The translations under genes were made by a program, and so were the position numbers. DNA of 64,000 nt from Chthoniobacterales bacterium (lineage in GTDB: Bacteria; Verrucomicrobiota; Verrucomicrobiia; Chthoniobacterales; UBA10450). The notes below the pieces were generated by a model, which ran no database searches, was not told the origin of the DNA, and worked only from the letters and a program-made list of their open reading frames with translations. The stretch lies in NCBI GenBank assembly GCA_051001855.1, contig JBPCMX010000006.1:35039-99038 (forward strand), written 5' to 3'. Below are positions 54,757-64,000 of the stretch, piece by piece. Position 1 is the first letter of the stretch. Each line of letters starts with the position of its first letter.

Positions 54757-55345
54757 AGCGAGGCAGGCGCGAGGCCGCTAATTTGGCCGCGTCTTTGTGG
54801 CCGAGGATGCGCACCGTCTGCCGCATCTGCTCCATCTGCAGCGGCTTCTTCATTACCGTGACCGGACCCCTCTCGAGGATCCGGTCCAGCATCTCGCTAT
54901 CGGGGTAACCGGTGATGATCACGATCGGCAAGTCCGGGTCGACCTCTTTCGCGGCGACGTAGACGTCATCCGCCGGGCCGTCCGGCAGTTTCAAATCGAG
55001 GAACAGCAGGTCGAACCGCTGTTTGGCCAACGCCGCCAGCGCCTCTTTCACGGTGCCCACCACGACGCGGCCGAACCCGATCTTCCTGAGGAAAATCTTA
55101 AACAAGGCCTGGAGACTGTCGTCAACCACTACGAGGACGGTCGGCCGGCCCGTTTTGTCGGTCTTGAGCACGTCCTTATCGAGCGCGTCTTTTTTAACCC
55201 GCCAGCGCCCGCCGATTTGGATCGCCGGTAATTGCCCGCGCTGGACGAGGTAGTAGACTGTCGGCAGCGGGATGCGCAGGTAATTCGCAGTCTCTTTGAC
55301 GGTCAACAAATTATGGGCGGGGAGAGACTCAGGGACGCGGGGCAT
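54737..55345 (-). CDS. response regulator with N-terminal excisionase/MerR-type HTH and C-terminal receiver domain
   Basis: Only the last 202 codons of the 501-aa track ORF are credible. LLTVKETANYLRIPLPTVYYLVQRGQLPAIQIGGRWRV is the HTH. The receiver has VLVVVDD, LLFLDLKLPDG (phospho-acceptor Asp), IVIITGY and MKKP. Confidence 0.8.
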   Translation of the reverse strand: MPRVPESLPAHNLLTVKETANYLRIPLPTVYYLVQRGQLPAIQIGGRWRVKKDALDKDVLKTDKTGRPTVLVVVDDSLQALFKIFLRKIGFGRVVVGTVKEALAALAKQRFDLLFLDLKLPDGPADDVYVAAKEVDPDLPIVIITGYPDSEMLDRILERGPVTVMKKPLQMEQMRQTVRILGHKDAAKLAASRLPRFTAPAP

Positions 55346-55546
55346 ACCGGCAGACCTTTCGAACGAGCGGAGGATTATTGTTTTTATGGTTAATGTCAAT
55401 GTTTTCACTCGCAGTAGGTCCCGGCAGAGCAAAGAAAACGGGCCCGAGTCCGGCTCTTGGTGCGGATCGCTGGCACCCGCTGCCCTTGAGCTGGAGCGAC
55501 ATCCCCGCTGGACAAGGGCGGGGCAGGGGTCGAACATCCCACCTCC

Positions 55547-56167
55547 ATGAGCGTCCTGTTTTTCAAGCGTTTTCTGCAGCGGCCGTTCCAGGTTGCCTCC
55601 ATCATCCCGAGTTCGAAGGCGCTCGTGGGACGGGTTTCGAGCAAGATGGATTTCCGCCAGGCGCGCGTGATTGCAGAATACGGACCAGGCGAAGGAGTTC
55701 ATTCGCGCGAGATTGCCCACCGCATGAGACCAGACTCCACGCTGCTCCTCTTCGAGCTCGATCCCGACCTCTCGCTCGACCTCAAGCGGCAGTTTGCCGA
55801 CGACCCGCGGGTGCATGTGATCAATGGCGACGCGGCCCGTCTGCCAATGGAGCTGGAGCGGCTCGGGATCGGCCCGTGCGATTATGTGGTTTCCGGCATC
55901 CCCTTTAGCATCCTCGAGATCGCGAAAAAGCGTGCGCTCCTGCAGAAGACCTACGATGCGATCAGGCCGGGCGGCGCGTTTATCATCTATCAGGTCACAA
56001 ACGAGTTGCGGCAGCATGCGACCCATTTTCAACACGCGGAGTCCGAGTATTTCTTGCAAAACATCCCCCCGATGTTTATCACCGTCTTTTCCAAGGCGCA
56101 GACGCGTAATGGCCAGAGCCGGCCGGCACCACAGGCGAGTCGGATGGCGGTGAATCACAGCGCATGA
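55547..56167 (+). CDS. class I SAM-dependent methyltransferase (COG3963 phospholipid N-methyltransferase-like)
   Basis: FFKRFLQRPFQVASIIPSS...VIAEYGPGEGVHSREI...VVSGIPFS...IRPGGAFIIYQ. Confidence 0.7.
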   Translation: MSVLFFKRFLQRPFQVASIIPSSKALVGRVSSKMDFRQARVIAEYGPGEGVHSREIAHRMRPDSTLLLFELDPDLSLDLKRQFADDPRVHVINGDAARLPMELERLGIGPCDYVVSGIPFSILEIAKKRALLQKTYDAIRPGGAFIIYQVTNELRQHATHFQHAESEYFLQNIPPMFITVFSKAQTRNGQSRPAPQASRMAVNHSA

Positions 56168-57582
56168 CGGTCGGCGCGTCTCGCACCGAAAAGGATTCGA
56201 TGGGGGAGATGGCCGTCCCCGAGGCGGCGCTCTTCGGCGCATCGACCCAGCGAGCGGTGCTGAATTTCCCGGTGAGCGGCTACCGCTTTCCGCGCTCCTT
56301 CATTCGCGCACTGGGGCTCCTAAAATGGGCCGCGGCGCAGGCCAATCACGATCTCGGGTTGCTCGATGCGCATCGCTCCGCGCTGATTGTGCAGGCCGCG
56401 GAAGAGGTGATCGAAGGCAAGCTCGACGAGCATTTTCCACTCGATATTTTTCAGACCGGCTCCGGCACGAGCACGAACACCAACGCGAATGAAGTGATCG
56501 CCAACCGGTGCGCGCAGCTCGCGGGCAATCCGATCGGCGCGAAGGACCCGGTCCACCCGAACGACCATGTGAACATGGGGCAGTCGAGCAACGACGTGAT
56601 TCCCTCGGCGATGCACGTCAGCGCAGCGGAGGAATTGAAGAACCATCTCCTGCCTGCGCTCGAGCGTTTGCAGCGCGAACTCGAGGCGAAGGCGCAGGAG
56701 TTTCAGGACGTGATTAAAATCGGCCGCACCCATTTAATGGACGCGACGCCGGTGCGTCTCGGCCAGGAATTTGGCGGTTACGCGCAGCAGATCGCGTATG
56801 CGCGGGAGCGCGCGGAACGCGCGGTGGAAGTGCTGCGGGAACTGGCGCTCGGCGGGACCGCCGTCGGCACGGGGTTGAACCGCCATCTCGATTTCCCGGG
56901 CAAAGTCATCCGCCACCTCAAACAGCGCACCGAGATCGAGTTCCGCGAAGCGACGAATCATTTCGAGGCGCAAAGCGGAAAGGACGCGTTCGTGGAAGCG
57001 AGCGGTCATCTCAAAACGATCGCGGTCAGCCTCTTCAAGATCGCGAACGACCTGCGCTGGCTCAGCAGCGGACCGCGCTGCGGGATTGGCGAAATTCAAC
57101 TCCCGGCCACGCAGCCCGGTAGCTCGATCATGCCCGGCAAAGTGAACCCCGTCATGTCGGAATCGCTCATGATGGTTTGCTCCCACGTGATCGGCAACGA
57201 CAGCTGCATCACCTGGGCCGGCGCGAACGGCAACTTCGAGTTGAACGTCATGATGCCGGTGATGGCGCACAACCTCCTCGAAAGCATCCGGCTGCTCGCG
57301 AACGCCTGCGACATGTTTGCGGAGAAGGCCGTCCGAGGGATTACCGCCAACGAGGAGCGTTGCCGCGAGCTCGTGGAGCTTTCGATGGCGATGGTCACCA
57401 GCCTGGCGCCGAAGATTGGCTACGATCGCGCGGCGGAGATAGCGAAGGAAAGCGCCCGGACCGGACGGACCGTGCGCGAAATTTGCCGCGAGAAAAACGT
57501 CCTGCCGGCCGCGGAGCTCGACGCGGCGCTGGATCCGGTCGCGATGACAGAGCCGGGTGGCGAGGGCTCGGCGGGAGGCTAG
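56164..57582 (+). CDS. fumC: class II fumarate hydratase
   Basis: RTEKDSMGEMAVPEAALFGASTQRA, QTGSGTSTNTNANEVIANR, HPNDHVNMGQSSNDVIPSA, and signature GSSIMPGKVNP. These motifs fit FumC better than AspA. ATGA overlap with the upstream gene. Confidence 0.85.
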   Translation: MTVGASRTEKDSMGEMAVPEAALFGASTQRAVLNFPVSGYRFPRSFIRALGLLKWAAAQANHDLGLLDAHRSALIVQAAEEVIEGKLDEHFPLDIFQTGSGTSTNTNANEVIANRCAQLAGNPIGAKDPVHPNDHVNMGQSSNDVIPSAMHVSAAEELKNHLLPALERLQRELEAKAQEFQDVIKIGRTHLMDATPVRLGQEFGGYAQQIAYARERAERAVEVLRELALGGTAVGTGLNRHLDFPGKVIRHLKQRTEIEFREATNHFEAQSGKDAFVEASGHLKTIAVSLFKIANDLRWLSSGPRCGIGEIQLPATQPGSSIMPGKVNPVMSESLMMVCSHVIGNDSCITWAGANGNFELNVMMPVMAHNLLESIRLLANACDMFAEKAVRGITANEERCRELVELSMAMVTSLAPKIGYDRAAEIAKESARTGRTVREICREKNVLPAAELDAALDPVAMTEPGGEGSAGG

Positions 57583-57615
57583 CCGTCGGGCTTCCCGGCA
57601 GCTGCCAAAGAAGAC

Positions 57616-57990
57616 ATGGTCGCCAACGTCAACGGCCCGCAATTTTCGGGCGGGGCAAATATCGCGATCAAATGCCCGTCGCACACCTACGAAGCGACGG
57701 TTTCATTCTACCGCGACACGATCGGCCTGCCGGTGATCGAGGAGGAGGAGGACGGCTGCATTTTCCAGTTTGGGCCGAGTCGGCTCTGGATCGACAAAGT
57801 GCCAAACCTGAGCCAGCCCGACATCTGGCTCGAGCTCGAGACGAACGACACGGAAGCCGCGGCCTCTTATCTGAAAATCAACGGCGTGCCGCGCCGGGAC
57901 GAAGTCGAGCAGCTGCGCGAGGATTTCGACGGGTTCTGGATTTCGAATCCGGCCGGCGTGATCCATCTCGTCATCGGCGACGAGGATTAA
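57616..57990 (+). CDS. VOC/glyoxalase-fold family protein
   Basis: 124 aa. Beta-alpha-beta-beta-beta style segments (IAIKCPSHTYEATVSFYRDTIGLPV ... WLELETNDTEAAASYL ... FWISNPAGVIHLV). Confidence 0.55.
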   Translation: MVANVNGPQFSGGANIAIKCPSHTYEATVSFYRDTIGLPVIEEEEDGCIFQFGPSRLWIDKVPNLSQPDIWLELETNDTEAAASYLKINGVPRRDEVEQLREDFDGFWISNPAGVIHLVIGDED

Positions 57991-58069
57991 CGCGCGCAAA
58001 CCGAAAAACGGCCCTCGCCGAAAAACGCGTTGGCCTACCAACGGTCGGCCCGCCTAAGCTCCATCCGGC

Positions 58070-59452
58070 ATGAGCTTGTTAATCAAGAACGGGGAAATTG
58101 TCACCGCCGATGCGCGTTACTTCGCGGACATTTATTGTGAAGGCGAGACGATCACGCGGATCGCTCGCGGGATCGATGATGTCCCCGCAGATGAGGTGAT
58201 CGACGCCAAGGGGAAATACATCTTCCCGGGGTTCATCGATCCGCATGTGCACATCTATCTGCCGTTCATGGGAACGGCGGCGAAGGACACGCACGAGACC
58301 GCAAGCCGCGCGGCGCTTGTGGGCGGCACGACGACGTTCATCGAAATGATCTGCCCGGGGCGGCATGAGAAGCCGCTGGAAGCGTTCGAGTTGTGGCTGG
58401 GGAAAGCGCGTGGGAACAGCGCCTGCGATTTTACCTTCCACATGGGTGTGACGCGCTATGACGAGGAAGCGGAGCGCGACTTCGAGGAGATCGTGAAGCG
58501 CGGGGTGAGCAGCTTCAAAGTTTTTCTCGCTTACAAAGGCGCGTTTGGGGTGAGCGACGAGGAGCTCTTCAAAACCCTGCAGCTCGCGAAAAAGCTCGGC
58601 GTCATCACGACCGCGCACTGCGAGAATGCAGACCTCGTGCTCGAGCTGCAGAAGAAGCTGCTCGCGGAAGGCAAGACCGGCCCGGAATACCACTACTGGA
58701 GCCGGCCGCCGCTCGTGGAAGCAGAAGGCGTGCATCACCTCATGACGTTCGCCGAGCTGACGGGGGCGCACGTTTACACTGTCCACACGAGCTGTGAGGA
58801 ATCCGTCCGCGAGGCCCTGCTCGGCGCCCAACGCGGCGTCAACGTCTGGATCGAAACGCTCATCCAATATCTGCTCCTTGATCGCACCGACGCGGAGAAG
58901 CCGAATTTCGAAGGTGCAAAAAACGTGATGTCGCCCCCGCTGCGCGACACCAGCAACCAGCCGTTCTTGTGGAATGGACTGCGTCAGGGCTTGATCGCCA
59001 CGCTCGCGACCGATCACGCGCCCTTCGATTTCGCCACCCAGAAGCAGATGGGCCAGGATGATTTCACCCGCATCCCGAATGGGATCCCGTCACTCGAGAA
59101 TCGGGTCGACCTCTACTTCACCCACGGGGTCAAGCGCGGCCGGATCGACCTGCAGCGGTTTGTCGCCACGGCGAGCACAAACGCGGCGAAGATCTTCGGG
59201 TTGTTCCCGCGCAAAGGAGCGATCCAGCTTGGCAGCGATGCCGATCTCGTCGTTTACGACCCGGGCTATCGCGGCACGATCTCCGCGCAGACGCAGAAGA
59301 TGAACCTCGACTACAACTCCTTTGAAGGAATGGAAGTCGAGGGCCGCGCGCATGTCGTGACGGTTCGCGGGAAAGTGGCGGCGCGGGACGGCGAGTTCAC
59401 CGGCGAGTTCGGGCGCGGTCAATTCCTGCAGCGCGAGCCGATGCATTTCTAA
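58070..59452 (+). CDS. dihydropyrimidinase / D-hydantoinase
   Basis: LLIKNGEIVTAD..., PGFIDPHVHIYLPFMG, GGTTT, SFKVFLAYKG (carboxylated Lys context), HCEN and ATDHAPF, the cyclic amidohydrolase motif series. Confidence 0.9.
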   Translation: MSLLIKNGEIVTADARYFADIYCEGETITRIARGIDDVPADEVIDAKGKYIFPGFIDPHVHIYLPFMGTAAKDTHETASRAALVGGTTTFIEMICPGRHEKPLEAFELWLGKARGNSACDFTFHMGVTRYDEEAERDFEEIVKRGVSSFKVFLAYKGAFGVSDEELFKTLQLAKKLGVITTAHCENADLVLELQKKLLAEGKTGPEYHYWSRPPLVEAEGVHHLMTFAELTGAHVYTVHTSCEESVREALLGAQRGVNVWIETLIQYLLLDRTDAEKPNFEGAKNVMSPPLRDTSNQPFLWNGLRQGLIATLATDHAPFDFATQKQMGQDDFTRIPNGIPSLENRVDLYFTHGVKRGRIDLQRFVATASTNAAKIFGLFPRKGAIQLGSDADLVVYDPGYRGTISAQTQKMNLDYNSFEGMEVEGRAHVVTVRGKVAARDGEFTGEFGRGQFLQREPMHF

Positions 59453-59678
59453 TTGTCGAACGTCTGGCAGGAACGCTTGCAGCGGCGCGGGCCTTTGCCC
59501 GATGGGTTTCATTCGTGGGCGACCCCATCGGCGCAGCGGAGTTCAGCCTGAGGCTCGATCGCGACCATCGCGCCAGTGCTGCTCGAAGCAGTCCGGCGCA
59601 GCCTAAGAAAAGCATCGCCATCTCGGGACGCGGCTTGCATAATCGCGCTCGTCCGGACACAACCGGGCAGCAAAAACT

Positions 59679-59942
59679 ATGTTTCACTTCATCTGGTATC
59701 TCCTTGTTGGTCTCATCGCGGGCGTGCTCGCGAAGTCGGTCATGCACGCTCACATGACGATTTTCTGGACGATCGTCCTCGGGGTGATCGGTTCCATCAT
59801 CGGCGGCGCGGTCACGCATCTCTTTGCCCGGCCGACGAATGAGCGCTTTCACCCGGCCGGGATCATTTTCTCCACCCTGGGAGCGATCCTGGTTCTCTTC
59901 ATCTGCTATAAACTAAAGATCCATTTCCCGGCAGTCGGGTAA
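59679..59942 (+). CDS. GlsB/YeaQ/YmgE family (transglycosylase-associated) small membrane protein
   Basis: MFHFIWYLLVGLIAGVLAKSVM...TIVLGVIGSIIGGAV...GAILVLFI. Confidence 0.85.
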   Translation: MFHFIWYLLVGLIAGVLAKSVMHAHMTIFWTIVLGVIGSIIGGAVTHLFARPTNERFHPAGIIFSTLGAILVLFICYKLKIHFPAVG

Positions 59943-60195
59943 TCGGCGCGGCGGGGCTTCGGAGGCCGAAGATGCTCTCCGCTCGGCAACGGCAGGAGTG
60001 ACGGAGCAGGCCGGCCTTTAGCGGTGGCTTGCATTCACGGGCTGGCGAGGAAAGGCACGCTTCTGTGCGCGCCATTTCTGTTCGTTACGTAAACTGGCGT
60101 GCTTTAAGGTGTTGACGCGTAACGCGTTGCCGCTCATTCTCGCCGAAGTGGTAACGCGTGTCGAAGCGCACTGACTCTTTGCGCGGCGCCCCTCG

Positions 60196-60209
60196 CGTTT
60201 GCGCAAACG
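60196..60209. promoter_or_regulatory. perfect 14-bp palindrome CGTTTGCGCAAACG upstream of the NCS1 permease (candidate operator)
   Basis: Self-complementary 14-mer about 73 nt upstream of the ATG at 60282. The same 340-bp leader also has TTACGTAA and three ACGCGT copies (60115-60160). Confidence 0.35.
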
Positions 60210-60281
60210 AACCCGACGGCGGATGCCGGGGTGCTTTGCTGTTGCTCGGGGTGCGGATGTTCGGCAGCATCGGCGTTCCTC

Positions 60282-61799
60282 ATGGAGAGCGCCGCTACTG
60301 TGCACGATTTAGCCGGGCTGGAGACGAGTCCGCTCTACAATGCCGACCTCGCGCCCGTGCCTCCGGCGCGACGGACCTGGCGGGTCGGCAGCTTTGCCGC
60401 GCTCTGGATTTCGATGTCGGCCTGCATCCCAACTTATATGCTGGCGTCGTCGCTCATCGGCGGCGGGATGAATTGGTCGCAGGCAATCCTGACGATCTTC
60501 CTCGGCAACCTAATCGTCGTGGTCCCGATGATTCTGAATGCGCACGCCGGCACGCGCTATGGCATTCCTTTCCCGGTGTTTTGCCGCGCCTCCTTCGGCA
60601 CGGTCGGCGCGAATGTGCCGGCGCTGATGCGCGCGTTTGTGGCGTGCGGCTGGTTTGGAATTCAGACGTGGATTGGCGGCGCGGCGATCTACAAGATCCT
60701 GGGCGTCTTTGTGCCGGCCCTGACCGCCGCGGGCGCGCCGCAATTCCTCGGTATCACGCTGGCGGAGTTCGCCTGCTTCCTCTTTTTTTGGGGGATCAAC
60801 ATGCTCGTCGTCTACAGGGGGATCGAGTCGATCCGCCTGCTCTTGAACATCAAGGCACCGCTCCTGATCGTGCTCGGGCTGGCGCTGCTGGCCTGGGCCT
60901 ACCAGGCGGCGGGCGGGTTCGGACCGATCCTGTCGCAGCCGTCCGCCTTTGCGCCCGGACAGCCGAAAGCGGGGCAGTTCTGGTCGTTCTTCATTCCCGG
61001 CCTCACGGGGATGATCGGCTTCTGGGCGACGCTCTCGCTCAACATCCCTGACTTCTCGCGTTACGCGCGCACCCAGCGCGACCAGATCGTGGGGCAGGCG
61101 CTGGGCCTGCCGCTGACGATGGCGCTTTACGCCTTCATCGGGGTGGCGGTCACGTCCGCGACCACGATCATCTACGGGAAGACGATTTGGGATCCGGTGG
61201 ATGTGCTGACGCATTTCACAAACCCGGCCCTGCTCGTGGTCGCGATGCTCGCGCTTTGCCTGGCGACGCTGGCCACGAATATCGCGGCGAACGTCGTCAG
61301 CCCGGCAAACGACTTTGCCCATCTGGCGCCGCGCCGCATCTCGTTCCGCCTCGGCGGCGCGATCACCGGCATCGTTGGCGTGCTGATGATGCCCTGGAAA
61401 TTGGTGGCCGATCCAAGCGGCTACATCTTCACCTGGCTCGTTGGCTACAGCGCGTTACTCGGGCCGATCGGCGGTATCATGATCGCGGATTACTACGTCA
61501 TCCGGCGCCGGCGTCTGAACGTGCCGGCGCTCTACGATGCAAATGGCGAATACCGCTACACCAGTGGTTTCAGCATCGTCGCGTTGATCGCACTCGTCCT
61601 CGCCGTGCTGCCCAATCTGCCCGGTTTCCTCGTGAACGTGAAGCTGCTCGATACCGCGACCGTCCCTTCGTTCCTCGTGACGCTTTACAACTACGCGTGG
61701 TTTGTCGGTTTTGGAATTGCGTTCGTCGTTTACACCATTTTGCGCCGGTTTAACCCTTCAGAAACAAGAGGTTGTAAATTCCCTCTCTCTTTTCCATGA
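60282..61799 (+). CDS. NCS1 family nucleobase/hydantoin:cation symporter
   Basis: Start trimmed to [24 protein letters not shown]...[17 protein letters not shown]...[17 protein letters not shown] and 12 hydrophobic segments. Confidence 0.9.
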   Translation: MESAATVHDLAGLETSPLYNADLAPVPPARRTWRVGSFAALWISMSACIPTYMLASSLIGGGMNWSQAILTIFLGNLIVVVPMILNAHAGTRYGIPFPVFCRASFGTVGANVPALMRAFVACGWFGIQTWIGGAAIYKILGVFVPALTAAGAPQFLGITLAEFACFLFFWGINMLVVYRGIESIRLLLNIKAPLLIVLGLALLAWAYQAAGGFGPILSQPSAFAPGQPKAGQFWSFFIPGLTGMIGFWATLSLNIPDFSRYARTQRDQIVGQALGLPLTMALYAFIGVAVTSATTIIYGKTIWDPVDVLTHFTNPALLVVAMLALCLATLATNIAANVVSPANDFAHLAPRRISFRLGGAITGIVGVLMMPWKLVADPSGYIFTWLVGYSALLGPIGGIMIADYYVIRRRRLNVPALYDANGEYRYTSGFSIVALIALVLAVLPNLPGFLVNVKLLDTATVPSFLVTLYNYAWFVGFGIAFVVYTILRRFNPSETRGCKFPLSFP

Positions 61800-63136
61800 A
61801 CACACCAGAACTACCCCCCTTCGATCACCAGCCACAACCCTACTCCGGCCCGTCGGCCGAGGAAGTGATGCGTCTGCGCAAGGAATTCCTGAACCCGGGG
61901 ATTTTCCTCTACTACCAGAAGCCGCTCATGGTGGTGGAGGGAAAAATGCAATACGTCTGGGACGAGAACGGCCGCCGCTATCTCGACGCGCTCGGCGGGA
62001 TTGTGACGATCAGCGTCGGCCACTGCCATCCGCATGTTATCGAGGCGACGCGGAAGCAGAACGAGCTGCTGCAGCATTCCACCACGATCTACCTGCAGCC
62101 GAAGATCGCGGAATATGCGCAGGCGCTGGCCGCGCGGATGCCGGGCGACCTGAAGGTCTGCTATTTCGTAAATTCCGGCTCGGAGGCGAACGATCTCGCG
62201 CTCCTGATGGCGCGCGCCTACACCGGCAACTACGACATGATCGCGCTGCGCAACGCCTACCACGGCGGCAACGCCAGCGGGATGGGCCTGACCGCGCACC
62301 ACACCTGGAAGTTTAACGTCCCGCACAGCTTCGGCGTGCATCACGCCATCACGCCCGACCCGTATCGCGGCATCTGGGGACACGACAATCCGGACGCGGG
62401 CAAAAACTACGCGGCGGACGTGAAGAACTTGATCGAGTACGCGACTTCCGGGCAGATCGCCGGCTTCATCGCAGAGTCGATCCAGGGCGTGGGCGGCTGC
62501 GTCGTCTTTCCAGATGGCTACCTCAAGCACGCCTACGAGCACGTGCGTGCGGCCGGCGGAGTTTGCATCGCGGATGAAGTGCAGTCCGGCTTCGGCAGAA
62601 CCGGGACGCATTACTGGGGCTTCGAAACACAGGGCGTAATGCCGGATATCGTCTGCATGGCGAAAGGCATCGGCAACGGCGCGCCGCTCGGCGCGGTCGT
62701 GACCACGCCGAAGATCGCCGCGGCGCTCGCGCAGCGCATTCACTTCAATACTTTCGGCGGTAACCCTGTGGTTTCTGTGATTGGCAAAGCGGTGCTCGAA
62801 GTCATCGAGCGCGAAGGGTTGCAGGCCAATGCGCACAAGATCGGCAAGCAGCTCACCGCCGGGTTGAACCAGTTAAAAGAGAAGCACCACATCATCGGCG
62901 ATGTGCGCGGCAAAGGTCTGATGCTCGGGATTGAGCTGGTGAAAGACCGCGCCACGAAAGAGCCGGCGAAAGCTGAATGCGCGCAGGTCCTGGAAATCTG
63001 CAAGGACAACGGACTGCTTCTCGGCAAAGGCGGCTTGCACGGCCAGACGATCCGCTTCTCGCCGCCGATGTGCGTGAACGCAGGCGACGCCGATTTCATT
63101 CTCGCGACGCTGGACCAGGCGTTCGGCGCGCTCTAG
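61796..63136 (+). CDS. class III (AGXT2-like) pyridoxal-phosphate aminotransferase
   Basis: [41 protein letters not shown], and [12 protein letters not shown] (PLP lysine). ATGA overlap with the permease. Confidence 0.88.
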   Translation: MNTPELPPFDHQPQPYSGPSAEEVMRLRKEFLNPGIFLYYQKPLMVVEGKMQYVWDENGRRYLDALGGIVTISVGHCHPHVIEATRKQNELLQHSTTIYLQPKIAEYAQALAARMPGDLKVCYFVNSGSEANDLALLMARAYTGNYDMIALRNAYHGGNASGMGLTAHHTWKFNVPHSFGVHHAITPDPYRGIWGHDNPDAGKNYAADVKNLIEYATSGQIAGFIAESIQGVGGCVVFPDGYLKHAYEHVRAAGGVCIADEVQSGFGRTGTHYWGFETQGVMPDIVCMAKGIGNGAPLGAVVTTPKIAAALAQRIHFNTFGGNPVVSVIGKAVLEVIEREGLQANAHKIGKQLTAGLNQLKEKHHIIGDVRGKGLMLGIELVKDRATKEPAKAECAQVLEICKDNGLLLGKGGLHGQTIRFSPPMCVNAGDADFILATLDQAFGAL

Positions 63137-63145
63137 CGGCAGCTT

Positions 63146-63622
63146 ATGGTGGCCGAGCATGAACAATGGATTCGCGAGGCCGTGAAACTCGGCCGTAGCG
63201 GAATGCATGAGAGCGGTGGGGGGCCATTTGGCGCGGTAGTGGTCTGCAACGGCCGCATCGTCGGCCGCGGCTGGAACCAGGTCACGCGGTTGCTCGATCC
63301 CACGGCGCACGCCGAGGTCACGGCGATCCGCGATGCCTGCCAGACGCTGCAGCGCTTTGACCTGCGCGGCTGCGATCTTTACACCAGCTGCGAGCCCTGT
63401 CCGATGTGCCTCGCCGCGATCTATTGGGCGCGGCTCGATCGAATCTTCTACGGCTGCACTCGCACCGACGCCGCCGAGGCTGGTTTTGACGATGAATTCA
63501 TCTACCAGCAGATCCCACTCGAGTCCTCGGCGCGCGCACTGCCGATGGCGCAGATCGGTCGCGAAACCGCGGCGGAGCTGTTCCAGGATTGGGCCCATAA
63601 AGCCGACAAAATCCGCTACTGA
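63146..63622 (+). CDS. CDA-fold nucleoside/nucleobase deaminase (guanine/cytosine deaminase-like)
   Basis: GGGPFGAVVV, HAEVTAIRDA, and CEPCPMCLAAIYWARLDRIFYG (the zinc-binding HAE and PCxxC motifs). Confidence 0.85.
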   Translation: MVAEHEQWIREAVKLGRSGMHESGGGPFGAVVVCNGRIVGRGWNQVTRLLDPTAHAEVTAIRDACQTLQRFDLRGCDLYTSCEPCPMCLAAIYWARLDRIFYGCTRTDAAEAGFDDEFIYQQIPLESSARALPMAQIGRETAAELFQDWAHKADKIRY

Positions 63623-63754
63623 TCGTCGTCAGGCAGGGATGCTTTTCCGTGCGCCCGGCGGCAGTTCCAAACCGCCGCTCGGTGAATTCAACATCCCTCC
63701 TTTGCGCTGGCCAACGCACGCACATTGTCACACTGTGCTTTCTAAGCTTATCCC

Positions 63755-64000
63755 GTGAATCCGAACGACCCCCTCCAGCAGAATCAAGCAGCAACCGTCC
63801 CGCCCGCGGCGGTCGTGCCGAACAATTCCGCGCCAGTGACTGACTCCACCGCGCAGGAAGACGACCGCCTTGCGCCTGCCGCGCCCGCCGGCGGCACCGG
63901 CGCACCGGATCGCGCCGATCTGCGGCCGGAGAATATCAACGACGCTGTCATCCGCCTGGCCGGCAATTCGCAGGACGGGATCCAAAGCGCGGGCGCGTTC
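63755..64000 (+). CDS. hypothetical protein, 5' part only (runs off window)
   Basis: My read from GTG 63755 is open to the window end, with high third-position GC (VNPNDPLQQNQAATVPPAAVVPNNSAPV...LRPENINDAVIRLAGNSQDGIQSAGAF). No family recognised. Confidence 0.35.
   Translation, partial: MNPNDPLQQNQAATVPPAAVVPNNSAPVTDSTAQEDDRLAPAAPAGGTGAPDRADLRPENINDAVIRLAGNSQDGIQSAGAF

Noticed and set aside
55346-56242. N-terminal 299 codons of the 501-aa ORF 54737-56242
   Set aside because: This part is antisense to the methyltransferase at 55547-56167 and crosses an AT-rich promoter-like gap. Only the distal 202 codons (HTH plus receiver) form a coherent protein.
59452-59678. Hairpin CCGATGGG-16 nt-CCCATCGG (about 59500-59531) after the dihydropyrimidinase gene as a terminator
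   Set aside because: It has no following U-tract and a large loop. The evidence is too weak for a terminator or riboswitch call.

Overview
High-GC (by eye over 60%) bacterial chromosomal window, densely coding. Gene content and protein style suggest a soil Verrucomicrobiota- or Acidobacteriota-like organism, but that is a low-confidence inference. No rRNA, tRNA or CRISPR array was found. The supplied ORF track translates alternative start codons as M and takes the longest ORF, so many starts were trimmed by hand. Many long track ORFs are antisense shadows of real genes.

Most of the window is housekeeping or metabolic:
- plsY-gpsA, mnmG, cdd, a fused homocysteine methyltransferase/MTHFR, mutM, trxB, sodC, thiG, polX, priA, cls, pdxH and fumC.
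- An ECF sigma/anti-sigma pair, and two sulfite-oxidase-family Moco enzymes.
- A dihydropyrimidinase / NCS1 permease / aminotransferase / deaminase cluster.
- A tightly overlapping glycosyltransferase / epimerase / MgtE-like operon.
- A vapBC toxin-antitoxin pair with a palindromic operator.

The one clearly accessory segment is an island of about 8.6 kb (about 37125-45717). It lies between a DoxX-like gene and cls and is bracketed by a diverged duplication of the cls 5' end. It contains:
- a MITE-like palindromic element;
- a frameshifted orphan rhs fragment;
- three tightly packed small membrane ORFs in a lower-GC patch;
- a 1759-aa signal-peptide-bearing Rhs/YD-repeat protein;
- a divergently transcribed GntR-HTH/periplasmic-binding-fold regulator, with helically phased CAGTT repeats in the shared promoter.

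The Rhs protein has a dockerin-like module inserted in its repeat shell. After the DPxGL cleavage motif it carries a 225-aa glycine-rich, hydrophobic C-terminal domain that I do not recognise. I regard this as a candidate new Rhs toxin/immunity system.

All functional calls rest on motif and family recognition from the translated sequences. No database search was possible.
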